A stretch of 64,000 nucleotides of DNA from NCBI GenBank assembly GCA_040954595.2, contig CM082593.2, forward strand, positions 10,863,477 through 10,927,476, in the 5' to 3' direction. The position numbers and the translations under genes were made by a program. This document shows positions 50,001 through 63,915 of this stretch, one piece after another (position 1 is the first letter of the stretch; every line of letters starts with the position of its first letter). This DNA is from Balanoglossus misakiensis (taxonomy: Eukaryota > Animalia > Hemichordata). The notes beneath the pieces were generated by a model. It saw only the letters and a list, made by a program, of their open reading frames with translations, searched no databases and was not told the DNA's origin.

Positions 50001-50193
50001 CTGGACTAGGTCCCCTGCCCCATTCCCACTGCCATCGGCGCTACGCTCAAGGGCGCAGCCAGCGGTGGGAATGGAGCAGGGAACAGAGTACTTCACTTGT
50101 GGAATAAAGTGCTCATTTCTTGTGTATCTGCATTTTGTCGATGTTATCGCTCCTCTGGCAGAGAAGCCAGGGTGCTAGCTGTTGGCTTTAATA

Positions 50194-50448
50194 AGGGACT
50201 GTTCAGAATTTACTTCCAGGGGGCGGAGAATTTTCAGAGGGGGGGGGGACCACCCATTTTCTCCAAGACAAATTAGGGGAGACTAGACATAAAAGTCACA
50301 ATAGGGGGACCATGGAAAATCCCCAGGAAATTTAAGGGGGGACCACATATTTCCTCCACAATTTACTAGGGGAGACCATGGGAAAAAATCACCAGGAAAA
50401 TAAAAAATCCTCCATCCCCAACTTGGAAGTAAAATCTGAACAGTCCTT
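50194..50448. mobile_element. Harbinger-like MITE
   Basis: ggactgttcagaatttacttcca...tggaagtaaaatctgaacagtcc with G-rich subterminal motifs. Confidence 0.65.
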
Positions 50449-52206
50449 CATGGTTGTTTGTTTGTTTGTTTGCCTGTTTGTTTATTCGTATCTTTGTTTG
50501 TTTGTGTATTCTATCTCATTTAATATGATGCTTCTGTCACATTTGGCATTTACTGTCGCATAAACAATGACCGAACCGACTCGACTGCGTTTGGATGCAC
50601 GATGGACTTAAGAGTGAATCCATCGGTGTTTACCGGCCAAAACAAAACCGTTTGATTTCTTTAACACTGTTGCAACAAGTGAGACCCTAGTACATGTAGT
50701 ATATAAATCAGAAGTCCGGTGCATGTTTGCCAGTGACACCTACCACAAAATGGTATCGCCCAAATAATGTTGGGCGCGCCCGTGGAAGTTATAAGCCCGG
50801 CGCTTTTTCCTCATGATTAATAAAACAGTTAACACAACATTGGAAATTCAGCCAATTTGTCCCTGTTTTGTAGAAATAGTGCGAGCTATACATGGCGAAA
50901 AGTTTTTCAAAAAATAGATCAAAATGGGAATTCAAATTAGTGAATATTATTGGCACTTACAGAGTTTTAATTCAAAATAGAGGATTCATTCCAATGAATA
51001 TGCAAGTCAAGAAGTCACATAGGGATCATGAAAATGACCTATTGATCATGTCATGATGATTATGTACAAGAGAGAAGTAAAAAACTGGTTATTGCTTGAA
51101 TTTCATGTTTCTTTTTAATCAGATGTAGTCAACAGTCTTTCAACAAGTCTATAACATGATTTTGAAATGATTTTCAAAAGTACACAATTCCATATGAAAA
51201 TGTTACTTTAAGATTTGTAAATTTTTCTGTATATTTGAGTTCACGTGCATAGGCTGACTCAAACATTCTTTGCATCAACATTTACCGTCCTTTCAAAAAT
51301 CTTGCCTGTAGTCCAGGTTTTACATTTGCACTTAATAGCATTATAACACCATCATGTCATCCACATGTTACCCTCACAGCCAGTCACTGTGTGTATATTG
51401 TGATTCATGAAGTACATGTAGTGCTACATATTTTTGTGGAGATGAGACACACACACACATAGCAACCGATAGACAGACTGCTTGATAATATGCTCTGACT
51501 GATCCCTAAAGCTGAAACTTGTATGTGTTTGTACATACAACACAAAGGAACTAAAAATAGGGCATTCACATAGGGACCATTGAAAGTTTTCTGAAACATC
51601 TCAACTCAAACATTGACATAAAAAATACTTTGTGAACAATTAAAGTCTTCCTGGAACGTTTCAGATTTGAGACGGTTTTGCCAGCCAGACCTGATCCGGT
51701 GTAATGATTAACACCTCTTCGCAACCCATTGTCTATGGGGCCGAGCCTCGCAGTGCCTATACATAAACTTTGTGTGTGTGGACACAAACGACTCAAAGGA
51801 TTAATGCTCTGTGTTTACCATAGGCAAATAGTGTCTCAAATTTTTCCCTGCCTGAACCTGGTATCTGAAATGTTTCTCATTTTACCCAGTGTAAACATGG
51901 TGAAAGACAAAATGTCCTATACCTGTATAACATAGATCATAAATTTATAATACCAGGGTTTACTTGGTCTGATTGAAGCTCTGTAATTGGTTGAAGCAAG
52001 GGTTTTTATTACATATGTACCGTCGATTACTTGCACCGAGCGCGCGCGTAACATCGGTATTTGCACTCAGTGCAATACCAAAAACATTATGCTATACCTG
52101 TATGCAAATGAGTGGCCTGTTCACGAAACAAGCAATATCATTCCGCGGTCTCATTTCTTTCATTTTCGGTCTTTTTTTCAAAATGGGATGAACATATGTA
52201 ATAAAA

Positions 52207-52399
52207 ACAGAACCCCATGGCTCAATCGTGCAAGCACGGCGTACCGGTAGTATTTGCACTCGTGCTGGCGGTGTATTCTTGCTGCCCCCCGCACGAGCGA
52301 CAGCGAGTGCGGGGGACGGGCGCAAGAATACACCGCCAGACACTCGATGCAAATACTACCGTTACGCCGTGCTTGCACGATCGAGCCATGGGGTTCTGT
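52207..52399. repeat. ~190-bp imperfect palindrome ending a non-autonomous element that starts at ~51945
   Basis: acagaaccccatggctc.atcgtgcaagcacggcgta versus tacgccgtgcttgcacgat.gagccatggggttctgt. Confidence 0.8.
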
Positions 52400-53109
52400 C
52401 ATAACATTCTCTACTAGAAGACCTGAACAGTAAATAACTGAAATAAAATACACAAAAGAGAATGCATCTGAATAGAACACAATTTATTAACTTGGATTGG
52501 TCATGGGCATCAGGGCGCTCTACTTAAGAAATTCTAGAACATGTTTGTACAAGTGGCATTTTCATGAGCAGTGAGCAACGAGGCCTTTCTGGCATGTAAT
52601 ACTTAAAATCCAAACATCAGATTTTTTATCACACAAAATCATATTATATACAATGACATTATAAATGGTGTGCGCTTATATTTGGTTACGGACTTAAAAC
52701 CTCTTTGAGGAAAATTTTGCAGAGAGGTCTTGTATCTACAACCAAATAACCACTATGTTCATATCATTCAGATTGCTCAGTACTATCAGCGAGTTCACCA
52801 GTGGTTTCCAGAAATCTATAGGCTAAACATATGCCATTTTCATTGTGCCTCCCCCCATCTATTTCAATACAATAAATAATGGCTGGCTTGATTTTTCACC
52901 AGGACTTTTCAACAATAGTTTTTGTTAAGATATAGACAACATTCCAGATGTGTATGAAAACTCGAGGAAAATAATAACATTTGACCTGTCATCAGTTGTG
53001 AATTAATTAAATATTTTCATAAACAACACATTATAATCAAATTTAAACTCGTATGTAATGAATAATCGTCTCAACATAAGAGCTGCTAAGGCTAGACTCA
53101 ACAGCACTA

Positions 53110-53598
53110 TCAACACGAAAGAATTACTATTTTCTTGCTGACGTATCTGGCGATTATTCTGATTTGATAGTGTGTCGTTTCTTCTTCTGGGTTGCTCATA
53201 CCCTTGCTGGCTGACATTTCTTTGTCGTATGTTTGTCTCTGTGGTAGCATTGTCATTGGCATTTCTCTGGGGGTGTTTTCTGTGTTGGCAGTTGCAGGTT
53301 CTGGTGCTAGGGGAGTGTTGACATCTGCCTGGGGTGTTGCATCGGCTGGCGGTTGAACGGTGTTGTCGTTGTTCGATGCCGCATCTCTGTGTCGTGGCGG
53401 CTGTCCGGCTCCTGCAAACGCAGCGTACTGAGACACGAATGGGTTCGGGTATGACATCTGCTGGAAGTGTTGCTGGTATGCTGCGGCTGGATAGGGTGGG
53501 GGTTGTTGGTTCGCAGAAGCTACAGGCTGGGGTGTGTTTGTGCTTGTGCTTGTTGTGGCAGTATCAGCAGAGGTTGCTATGCTTTTCTTTGTCTCTTC
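53110..53598 (-). CDS. Putative orphan coding exon, P/A/T/Q-rich disordered protein with a PPPY motif
   Basis: The acceptor tttttatcctccacag| is in phase 0 with the 53110-53457 ORF. EETKKSIATSADTATTSTSTNTPQPVASANQQPPPYPAAAYQQHFQQMSYPNPF..., 162 open codons, GC-richer than the flanks. Confidence 0.5.
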   Translation of the reverse strand, partial: EETKKSIATSADTATTSTSTNTPQPVASANQQPPPYPAAAYQQHFQQMSYPNPFVSQYAAFAGAGQPPRHRDAASNNDNTVQPPADATPQADVNTPLAPEPATANTENTPREMPMTMLPQRQTYDKEMSASKGMSNPEEETTHYQIRIIARYVSKKIVILSC

Positions 53599-53959
53599 CT
53601 GTGGAGGATAAAAAGAACACAGTGTTTTTGCAAAGGTCGGGGAACACTGGTAATGGATTTGGGAACCCCGTTAATATTCCTATAACCTCCTAATATAACC
53701 ACATTGATACACCCAGGGGAACCCCGGTAAAATGACTGGGGAACTCTGGTAGACTGCCTGACCACTGTGACATTGGCCTTGTTCTGTTGTTTTAATTCGG
53801 AGTGACTGGGGTACTCCGGTAGATTTTATCTAGGTACCGCCCTTAACAAAAACACTAGAACAGAATCACAATTTGGAAGGCATGAGAGGCAAATACCATT
53901 TAAGGATGTACACGCACAACATAAACTGATAAACAGTGCATGTGTGTCTGTTCCTGAAA

Positions 53960-54300
53960 GGATTACATCGATAATTGCCAGAAAACAAACTTCTACTATT
54001 GTCTTTTTCACGAAATTTTACACATAGCTCAGACAAGTAAACGTAAATTCCTTGGTCAAAAAAAATTATGTGGTCACCAAGCTCTATTATGAGATAAATT
54101 GCGTTAAAATCTTCGCCCATAGACAAACCATTGGTGAAAAATGCTGAGACAGCAAATTTCTTCTATTATCAACTAAATTCATGGCTCTGTATTTTTTTTA
54201 AAAAGGGCAATGACCCCTACAATTTTTAACGGATTCTCATTATACATACACAGCATAATCCAAAAATCCACAATTAAAAGAATGACAATACTTTCAACGT
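53960..54300 (+). repeat. Interspersed repeat shared with the intron at ~7345-7685
   Basis: ggattacat.gataattgc.agaaaacaaacttctactattgtc...aaaagaatgacaatactttcaa occurs in both places. Confidence 0.85.
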
Positions 54301-55932
54301 GTATAATACCAGCATACACCTGTTTCAAGTCCAGTGTCCTAATACACCATCATCATGAATTGGAACTCAAAGCAAGGCCAATGAGCAAACCCAGATTGAC
54401 AACTCATTACACCAGCAAAGTGGTTTCTTTATGGAAGTGGTGGTACCAATAAATACTTTATTCAAGGTAAGAATTTCTTATTGTAGCAGTATTTTCATTT
54501 CCATTCATGTTTTAAAGGCCTTTTTTGTAGATTCTGAGTTTCTATGCCAGACAAAGTATGATTATTTTTCCACTAATGCAGCCTGAATTAAAGTCAACAT
54601 TTTTCACCATAGGTCTTTCTATGTTATTTTTCTATAGGCATGGACACATTTAAGTTTATCTCAAAACTGAGCACAGTGGTGAGCCTACAACTTATATGAA
54701 TCACTCAATTTAATTTCATTTGGATGAGTTATGAGTGAAACTTCTTAAAATTACAATAGTAGAAAAGGGTTTTCTATCAATTCTTAATGTTATCCTATGG
54801 GAAGAAACACATTCCATGAGCTCATACATGTAGTGTGTGCCATTCTTAACCCTTTCAGTATTATATGAATCAGATATAGAAGCTTGTTCAACGTCCCGTT
54901 GCGGCCAAGCCAATCAGATTGCACGTTATGTCAATCAAAACTGAAGGATACCTAAAGTTCTCTATAAGGCACCGTCTGATTGGTTTACTAGAGTTTTCAA
55001 CGGGAGCTTCTATGGGAGTTGGTCAGATGTAGTGTGAGGCGACAGTATAAGAATACCGTACTGCGAAGTAAAAGACGTCGCCGTACCCTACATCTGATTT
55101 TAATCAGATTGTATGCACACATAAGCTGGTTTAGAATACTGATAAACCCTGATGAAACAATCTCAGTAAAATATATACAGATGAGAATGAGAATGCAGTT
55201 AAAGTTAAATATACATTCGTTGTATCTTTTGGCTTTATTTCCAGTATTTTTGTTCTATGTAGCAAATGCGATTTCATGTTCTACTCCACACAGATTGTTA
55301 CTTGTCAGCACAGAATGTATGTGTATAATGGCCATTGTCATTGTTGACAATAATTCATGGATTCTAGTCTGGACTTAAATTCCAATTTGGCACAATAACA
55401 ATGCTGACCATACACATATATGTTTCATCATGTTTCGGGAATTTGCACAAGAAACTGCTAAACAAAGATACTGAAAACATAGGAAAAAGGTAAAGGTAAT
55501 GGAGCTTTAATTACAATTCACACTGTATACAAAATCCATGTAAAAATTCAAAATACTGGATTTGTCAGCTTCAACTGATATGGGGGTCACACAAGAAATT
55601 GCTAAAACGTCTCAGATCAAATACTGGCATAAATTATTATTGGTGAATGGTTTAAGTGGTCCTGAATCTTCTCAGATTTGAGACACGTCTCTTACCAGGT
55701 TCACACAGGGTAAAATTTGAGACACTATTAGTCTATGGTAAACACAGAGCGTTAATACTTTGGGGGGGGGGGGTTAGCTGGGCAGACCCGCCCTCCTTTA
55801 TTTTTTGCCACCCTGCTATCTTACGCGCCGCCCTGCTTTCTTTTCATTCCCGCCTTGGTAAATATTTATTGTTTCTGGTGCACGCTCCCGCATGCGGCTG
55901 GCATTTGAGAGAATGATATTTATTCAGTTTAG

Positions 55933-57024
55933 GGATGTTTTGTCGCCTTTGTACAAAACACAAGCAGAAGGCCAAGTGCGGAGGGACTTGGGTTACAACA
56001 TCTCCATGTACATGTACCACCCTTGGCGAAGACAAACTCAAGCAGCATGAAGAGACGATTATCGACCGGGCGGCAATGCAGCTTGACGCCGAGGCAGCAG
56101 TTATCGAGAACAGCAGCGGTCTTGTGGCTGCATTTGACAAGGTCATCACCTTTGAGACGCAAGCCTTCATGCATCGGCGTCCTACGATGCATGTATTTTC
56201 TCATGCACAGAGAATTGCCGCACACCACCAACTTCATCCATGTTTTGGAATTGGCAAAGTCCCTCGGGTGTTCATTCCTTGGTACTCTCAGCAGTGATGA
56301 CCACAACTATAATGGTTTATTGCATTGGTAAGTAGGTCTACTGATTTTTGTGCAGATCTAAATTGTAGGCAATGTAGTAACATTTATTTAAACCTGGTTG
56401 TTTTCAAGAAAGGATCACTGTTTAAGCAATAGTGTTACACTCAATAAATAATAATTACTGTACAAATTACTGTGAATTTTGATAAGTTTAATCTGAAGAG
56501 TAATTTTCATTTATTTCATTTTTCAGGCAAAGTCATCCGTGATGAGATTTTAGAGAAGATGAAAGGAAGTAACTTCTATTCACTGTTAATAGATGAAAAC
56601 AACTGATGTGGCTGTATTGAAGCAATTAATCATCTATTCCAAGTACACCTTGAAGTCTGGGAAGTCAGTTGTGTCTTTCCTTGGAGTTAAAGAAGTAAGT
56701 GGAAAGTTTTTCAATTTTTAAGTCTACACTGAATTAAAAACATACGATTAAACATGTTTTTGAGTGACCTCATTTAATTGATTTTGCTGACTAGTTATTT
56801 CAGGTGAGACAAACATTGAGTTGTACATTGCATGTGTTAACATCAAGGTTTTATTTTCACTGTTTTAGGTTGGTGATGGCAGAGCAGACACCATTGCACA
56901 GTCAGTGAAAGAGTTTTCTTCAGAGAATGGTATTGTCTTAAGAGATCGTCTGTCTGCTTTGGGCAGTGATGGTGCTCCTGTTATGCTAGGACAGAAAGGA
57001 GGGGTGGCTACCAAACTAAAAGAA
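55933..57024 (+). pseudogene. Decayed intron-containing hAT-superfamily (ZNF862-like) transposase
   Basis: Exons 55933-56327 (MFCRLC zinc finger...YFLMHRELPHTTNF), 56527-56694 (FYSLLIDE/TTDVAVLKQLIIY...FLGVKE) and 56869-57024 (ADTI...LGSDGAPVMLGQKGGVATKLKE). Frameshifts near 56170 and 56598. Confidence 0.85.
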
Positions 57025-57110
57025 GTGAGTGAAATTTTGAGTTGTGAAGACATTGTGATTTTGTAAGTTTTTAGTTGGTGTCTTTATATCGTGACAATAA
57101 TAATAGTAAT

Positions 57111-60100
57111 AATTAAAGCTGCAAGCAGCATTGAAGGGGCCCAAGCATAGAGATAATAACCATTAGACTCCATTCAGGGTTGTACCATTCAATTGCGTAG
57201 GCTGTATTTGCTCTGGATGTGGAGATATGGGGAAGTAGGCAACCACCCGAAATGGATGTCCTACAAGTACAAACACAACAACCACAAGTGAACTTCTACG
57301 TTATGTAAGGACTTCAGTTAAGTACTTCAAAGGTCAGCTGAGGGTACCCAAAAATTGGGCCAAAAATTTGGATTCCTATTTGGTTCATATTCAAGACAAC
57401 GGAAAATTCTCGCCCTTTGGGTTTTTAAAATTAGGTATGGCCATAATAATGAGTTACGCAAGTAAGTTACAGGTGGCCCTAGGAATTTAGCATTTCATGA
57501 CGGTCCTACCCTACCCCTCCAAACACGTGGCTATATATGATGTGCATGCTAACATATGGAAAGCAGGTCAATGGACACCTGAGGTCATTCAAAAATTTGA
57601 CAGAAAAATTTCATTCCTGTTTATGTCTTGTGCAACAAATCCTACATTTGCAGCCCTTTCACTTTGCCTAACATTAGGTATGCACGTAATACATGAATCA
57701 AGCAGGTGTCAAAGGTATCCCCCTGTATTTGGCATTTCATGATAGTTTCATCCCTCCAAATACCAAAGCTGCACCTGTACAACGGGATGAGATATGGCAC
57801 TGTATGACAGAGGTCATCCAAATCACCTTATACATCAATCAATCAATCAATCAGAGAAATTTGTATAGCGCCAGTATCTATAACAAGTGTCATACTCAAA
57901 GGCGCTTGTGCTCATTGGCCCACACCATATGCTCTTGCGAAATAATGCGTCTTCAGTCTTTTCTTAAAGATACTCAAACTTGGAGCTTGACGAATGTTCC
58001 ACAGTTTCGTTGCAGCATGAGAGAATGCTCGGCCACCGTATGAAGAACGTTTGTACATTGTAGTGCATAAAAGGCTCTTATTAGCTGAACGAAGCCTGCG
58101 ACCAGGAGAATATGTCCGAATGAGATCGCGGATATAGTTCGGAGCGAGATTATTTAAGGCTTTGTATGTGAGCAGATTTATTTTATACTCTATCCTGTGG
58201 CGAACTGGTAACCAATGAAGAAGTTGAAGAACTGGCGTTATATGGGCAGACTTCCTGGACCGAGTTATGATTCTTGCAGCTGTATTTTGTGTGCGTTGTA
58301 GAAGGTTCAGACTGCGTTCTGGTATACCATACAGTAATGCATTACCATAGTCGAGTTTCGCTGCCAAAATAGCATGAATCACTGTTTGACATGTTGCTTT
58401 GTTAAGAAATTTCCTGATTTGTCCGACACGGCGAAAGTGGTAATATATTGATTGACAAGTTTTCTTGATGTGATCTTTATACATGTGCGTATTGTCAAAT
58501 ATTACACCAATATTGCGAGCTGATTTAACGACGGGAACAGAGCTTGAACCAATGCTAATCTTGTCAATAGCATCAGCAGAGTGATGAAATTGTGAACGAA
58601 TAAGTAGAATCTCAGTTTTTGGAGTCGTTGAGTTGAAGCTTGTTTTGGGTCATCCAGTCCTTAAGATCACGGATACAGGCCTCAATGGACATTTGGGCAA
58701 AAACCAACTGACACTTACATTCGTCCCTGTGGAACAAAAACCACACCTATCGCCCTGTTGGTTAGTGTCTAATTAAATGTACAAAATCAATGACTTAGGC
58801 AGGTGCAACAGACGACCCCGCCTTTGGTATATCATTATGGTCCCATCCGTATATGCCCCCCCCTCCCAAGCCAAAGCTGCATGCATCTGCTGTGGATGCT
58901 CACTAAGCAAAAGTAGGTGAAAGGTCACATAAGGTCGCCCACAACTTGACGGGAAAATCGGACTTCATATTGATCCATGTGCAACAAATAGCACGCTACC
59001 ACCCCTTTCATTGACCCCACAATTACGCATGCACATAATTATTGAGTTATGCAGGTGTCACAGGTGACACCCGAATCGGGTGTATTATTTTAGTCCCATA
59101 CAGCTGCATGTAGCTGCGTGCCGTTACGGGCGACCTGATAACCCACACGGCCACCTGCGGGCCGACTCCCATACAGTCTTCGGACTGAGCGCGATTCCCA
59201 TTATCAAAACACCGCAAAGCATGCTGGGAAATTTCAGCACTCATTGACCTCTGTTATGGCGGCCAAGAACCCAGCGTACGTGGAGAGATTTCAATCCAAT
59301 TTTTTTCCATGTTTTGAGAGTACTTGACAGATTTCGTTATCTTTGTGAAAATTATTGAAATAAAGCAATAAGAGAATCAAAGAGATGAATTCGGTAGATT
59401 TGCGAAAAATAAAAATAAAAGAGTTACCTTTGACCCCTTCTATTTTAGCCTTCAGAGGCATATACCAACTTTGATTTTTTGTGCCTTTTCATCCAAAGCT
59501 TCAATGGACGAGAAAAAACGTGGTATATACTCTATTTCATTAGAACTTTGTTGGAAACTATCGTATATCATGATCAACGACTGAATAGAGACTGTGGGAC
59601 GTCTCCAATTGTTGTTGTTAAATTGGCGATTTTGTAGCAAAATACCGTGATTTTGCCGTGTCGTAGTAAAAAAAATCCAGACGCAAATGTCATGCAGAGT
59701 GTTTATTTTGATCACTCATCACCTCTTATGCTCATTTTTTCGTCCAGAACATCTTACCCGTAAATTCCACACTTTCTGACAGGGTCTTCCTGGCACACAC
59801 TGTTTTTGGGTGAAAATGCACTGATTTGTTTGATTTTTTGTGCCTTTTCATCCAAAGAGTGAAAACTATTCAAACTCGAATTTCTGGGGTCATAGATACT
59901 TTATTGTTATCATACGAACCTATTTTAGCTAGTGCTAAGCCTCTAAAAAAATATGCAGTCACCTGAAGTGAGGCGTAAAACGTAGTTTGTCGATATTTTG
60001 GTTATGAATGTTTGTGGGCCTTCAATCAATAATTTATCAGATACGACCGTCCACAGTGCCCAAAATACTTACAATACATGTTGTTATTTCGTAATCACAC

Positions 60101-61378
60101 CGATCGAACACAGATACCTCGCGTGGATGCATGCACCATGTCGTTTTTCAACGGTTTTGTGAATTTAACACCAATTTCAAGGGAAGTGCTTGCAGTCATG
60201 TATCCCGCAATCAGCCAAAATAAGACCCCAACAGCGAAAAAAGAGACGCATCTGGAACAAACACGCATATTTACTTCCTCTGACTTCCGTAAGAACCGCG
60301 ATTACATGCAGAATTACCCCACTGGAGCCCATGTGTGTACCCTAATCACATGGGTCAGTCTCTGACACAGAGATATCAACGCCCCTTTCATGACGTTCAA
60401 GCCTGATGACAGCATCATTGATCAATGGGTGGGTAGATATACTCATAACTGACATGATCTTATACATAAATATTCAGATATTTGTTTACAACAAACTTAG
60501 ATGTATCGAATAAACTTTGAGCAAAAGCGTGAAGCCTTGCCTTTCTTGGCGGGAGATTGACGCATGTTGTTTACGTTACCATGGCGCCATAGAAATAGTA
60601 ACGCTATTTAGCATATCACGTGCACTAAATGACACCCACTGGTTGGCGTATTCAAAAGGTCATAACATTTTGGGGTCATCAGTCGGCAGACTGAAAGTCA
60701 TTGAGAAATTGTGGTTTCTCGTCATTCAATTGAGGTTCATTGGTCAGAGAAAGTCGTCTGGGAATCGGCAGGTTTCGCTGCTTGCTGCATATGCTGAAAT
60801 ATTGCACCAGCACCATTTTAGCAACCACGATCTGTCAAATTTTGGTCAGTTCCATAGGCATCGCCATGCAATTTGCAGTGCGGGGCTGGTAAATTCAAGT
60901 GTTGATGTTTTTTCTGAGTTAATTTTTGTAAAAAAAATCACGTCGGTTTTTGGATTTGTCACAGCGAGTAAGGAACTTAATGTCAGTTCTTTGTTAAAAG
61001 CTAAGCTCGCTGGATTTGTTTCGTGTTGGAGACACTGCGACTTGTAATTTCTGTTTCCGACCGTAATTTTCCGGACACTCGACAGCGTAGTCAGCCTTTT
61101 TGAATACTTAATGAGTGATAATGGACACGCCCACTTTGCGCGCTCAGTCCGAAGACTGATACTGAACGTCCAGTTGCAACATCACGACTGAAGTAGGAAC
61201 TTTTGAACGGCAACGAAGCCTGATCTCTGATTATTGCTGGTACCATACTCCTGTCGTGCAAGAAAATCACTGGTCTGCTGACGTATTTCAGCCAATTTCC
61301 CAAACTACTATCCACTACATGTGACTACAATGCTAATGAAACCTCCCACAACATTAGCGACTTAGGGTCAAAGTCCAC
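57111..61378. mobile_element. Large non-coding composite insertion, possibly Helentron-like
   Basis: Begins aattaaagctgcaagcagc, similar to the start at ~26418. It follows the last hAT exon and abuts the LINE ORF at ~61378. Boundaries are uncertain. Confidence 0.3.
57834..58700 (-). mobile_element. 5'-truncated L2/CR1-group LINE
   Basis: WMTQNKLQLN...KSARNIGVIFD...KLDYGNALLYG...HITPVLQLLHWLPV...YGGRAFS...FKKRLKTHYF, followed by a (attg)n tail. Confidence 0.92.
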
Positions 61379-63915
61379 TGTTTTAAATTTTTTCATCGGT
61401 TTTACTTTAAAGGATGCCCACAAATTGCAACAGTAAATATTACTACAATATGCCAAAAATAAAACTTTCTTCACATCTTGACTAAAATGTTGAAAATGTC
61501 TCAATAGCATGTTTGCTCTAACACAAAATGCTCTTCTCTGTCGTTCAATATCTTCATTATCACAACCCTCACAAGATATAACATGGCCCAGATAGGTGTG
61601 TACAGGTACAAACTTTAAAGTGATGTCATTAAGTTTAACCGAAGGAATTCTTTGAACGCTCATATTCTTCCCATTAAAAAGCATGCACACAGTTTTACTA
61701 GAATTATAAATTATATCATAATCATTGCCATAAATTTCACAAATTCTAAGAAGACGGTGTAGACCCTTAATACTTGGACTGAGTAGAGTCATGTCGTCAG
61801 CGTAACCTAAAGTGTTAGCGCTGACACCACACATGGTACAGCCAACTTTGGCTTTACAGAGTGCATTGATAAGATCATCAATGTAGACATTAAAAAGATA
61901 GGGAGAGAGTACTCCCCCTTGTCTTACACCGTTAGAAACAGAAAACAACTCTGAGGTTTCATTACCCCACAACACAGTAAACAATTGATTTCTGTACCAT
62001 TAAAGGTCACATGTCATGCTTTGGAAAGTTTTCATTTTTCCACGTCAAAAGCTCACCTAGGGTACCTGTCTATGCATTGCCTATTGTGTCGGTTCCGAAA
62101 AATGTGCACGAATGCCGGAATTTGCCACCTTTTTTCATGCCTGTGATCGGGGAGCCACTTCGCACTCGTGCCAGGCGAAGGTATTTGCATATGGACAAAC
62201 AAGTACACTATGTCGTAGTGTACCATTCTGTTTACAGTAAAGTGTAATTATCGGTCCATGAGTAATTAAGTCCACAGACAAAGATAAGCTATATAAACAG
62301 TGTTCAAAGCAAAGGAAGCCCTTGCCTCACATTGCAGGCAGAGGATTTACAAAGGTGTGAAAGACTATTTGTCCACATCAAGATAAGTCTTCGGCTTAAC
62401 TTCGAAAAGCCCAAAAAAATCGACTGAGTTGGGTTAGGGGTACACGCCCACCCGCCACTTTTACTTGCTTGTTATCTAAGCACAAGGGGCAAAACGCATT
62501 GCAAGATAGTAACATACGTTAACTTCAAGACCCAAATAGTGATTTTACGCGTGGTTGTATAGGGCATGGCATGGGACCTTTAATATAAAATTCGTACAGC
62601 ATACAAGGGAACATTCCTGTCGATGAGCTTGTTAACCAGTTTAAAGTGATTAACTCTGTCAAAAGCTTTTGAAGCATCCAGAAAACAAGTAAACACTGGT
62701 CTTCCATTGCTGGTGTAGTAGCTAATGATTTCTTTAAATGCAAATAAACACAGGTCAGTTGAATGTTCTCGCTTGAAACCAAATTGTAAATAATGAGAGG
62801 TAAGAAACTCCTCACAACGAGAAAGTAAAATAGGCTCAAAAACTTTAGAGAAAACAGTTGCTAGTGCTATCGGCCGGTAGTTACTGGCATCACTACAAAG
62901 CTTAGTTTTATCCTTAATTGGAACTAAAATAACGTTGATAGCCTCAGTTTGCAGGTAACCATGAACAATCAAGTCAAAATGGGTAAAATAGAGGAGTCTG
63001 AGAATTTGAGGTGCTCAGCTGAAATATTGTCAATGCCAGCTGTCTTATCGTCAGGTAACTTATGTATAGCAGAAATTACTTCTTCTTCAGAAACATACAT
63101 ATCAGAAGAAAATTTAACATACTTCATTTTCTCCTCGATGTCATTTTTACCAGTCTGAGCCTGGACAGAATTCAAAATATCACTGAAATGCTTGTGCCAC
63201 ATAATTGCAATTTCACTCTCACCAGTCGCTCCACCTACAGTGTCAGAAAGCGGCATTTTTCTGCTAGTTTGCTTTCTGACTTCCTTCCAGAAGTCGTTCT
63301 GTTTGTGGCAGCGTAAATTGTCAGCCATCTTGTCAGCCCTATTTTGATTCTCAATCTTTTTACAAGCACGTAAAGCATACTTAAAACGAGCTCTGGAAGA
63401 TTTCATGGTTTCAAAAAGCGGGCCTTGTTAAGGTTTACCCCCATTAACCCATAATAAAAACATGGAACGGGCATAGTCGTGACTTTCTTTTACAAAATCG
63501 TTCCAGCCAGGCACAACATGAACTTTCTGGTGAAACTTACGCCTAATGGTATCTTTTGCAGCACAATTCAATGCGTCCACAACACTACTATAACAAGTAT
63601 CAATTGCCTGTAAATGCGAAGGGTATGTACAGTTCACATTAGTGCAGAATAACTCTTCGGATAAATTAATCTTATCAACCTTGGCTTTGGTACAACGGGT
63701 GTAGGCGGATATATTCTGCTGTGACAATTTTTTCCAATCAACTCGAAAATTACATTGCTTGAAGGAACTACTGCTGAAGCATTCATCAGCAGAAGTGTTG
63801 AAATGAACCTCTATTGAAACAGGAATATGGTCGGAGTCAACAACATTGCAAAGACTCGAAATTGAAAGAACATTGCTATAAAAAATTTTAGTGGTAACAC
63901 AGTGGTCAATCCAAA
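61378..63915 (-). mobile_element. Decayed LINE ORF2 (end of APE endonuclease plus reverse transcriptase), clade uncertain
   Basis: Motifs WIDHC / SDHIP (~63815-63913), NYRPIAL, QFGFK, FLDASKAFDRV, GVRQGGVLSPYLFN and YADD. Stop at 63428, frameshift at ~62970, and an insertion at 62004-62579. Confidence 0.93.
62004..62579. mobile_element. Kolobok-like element nested in the LINE RT (TTAA TSD)
   Basis: TTAA|aggtcacatgtcatgc...gcatggcatgggacct|TTAA. Removing it rejoins the RT frame. Confidence 0.9.

Noticed and set aside
54300-54470. Continuation exon of the CUB-sushi-EGF gene (ends in ag|gtaag)
   Set aside because: There are stops in all three frames and no Cys pattern of the expected domains.
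60517-61047. 176-aa ORF
   Set aside because: It has a TTG start and no domain features, and lies inside a repeat-like insertion.
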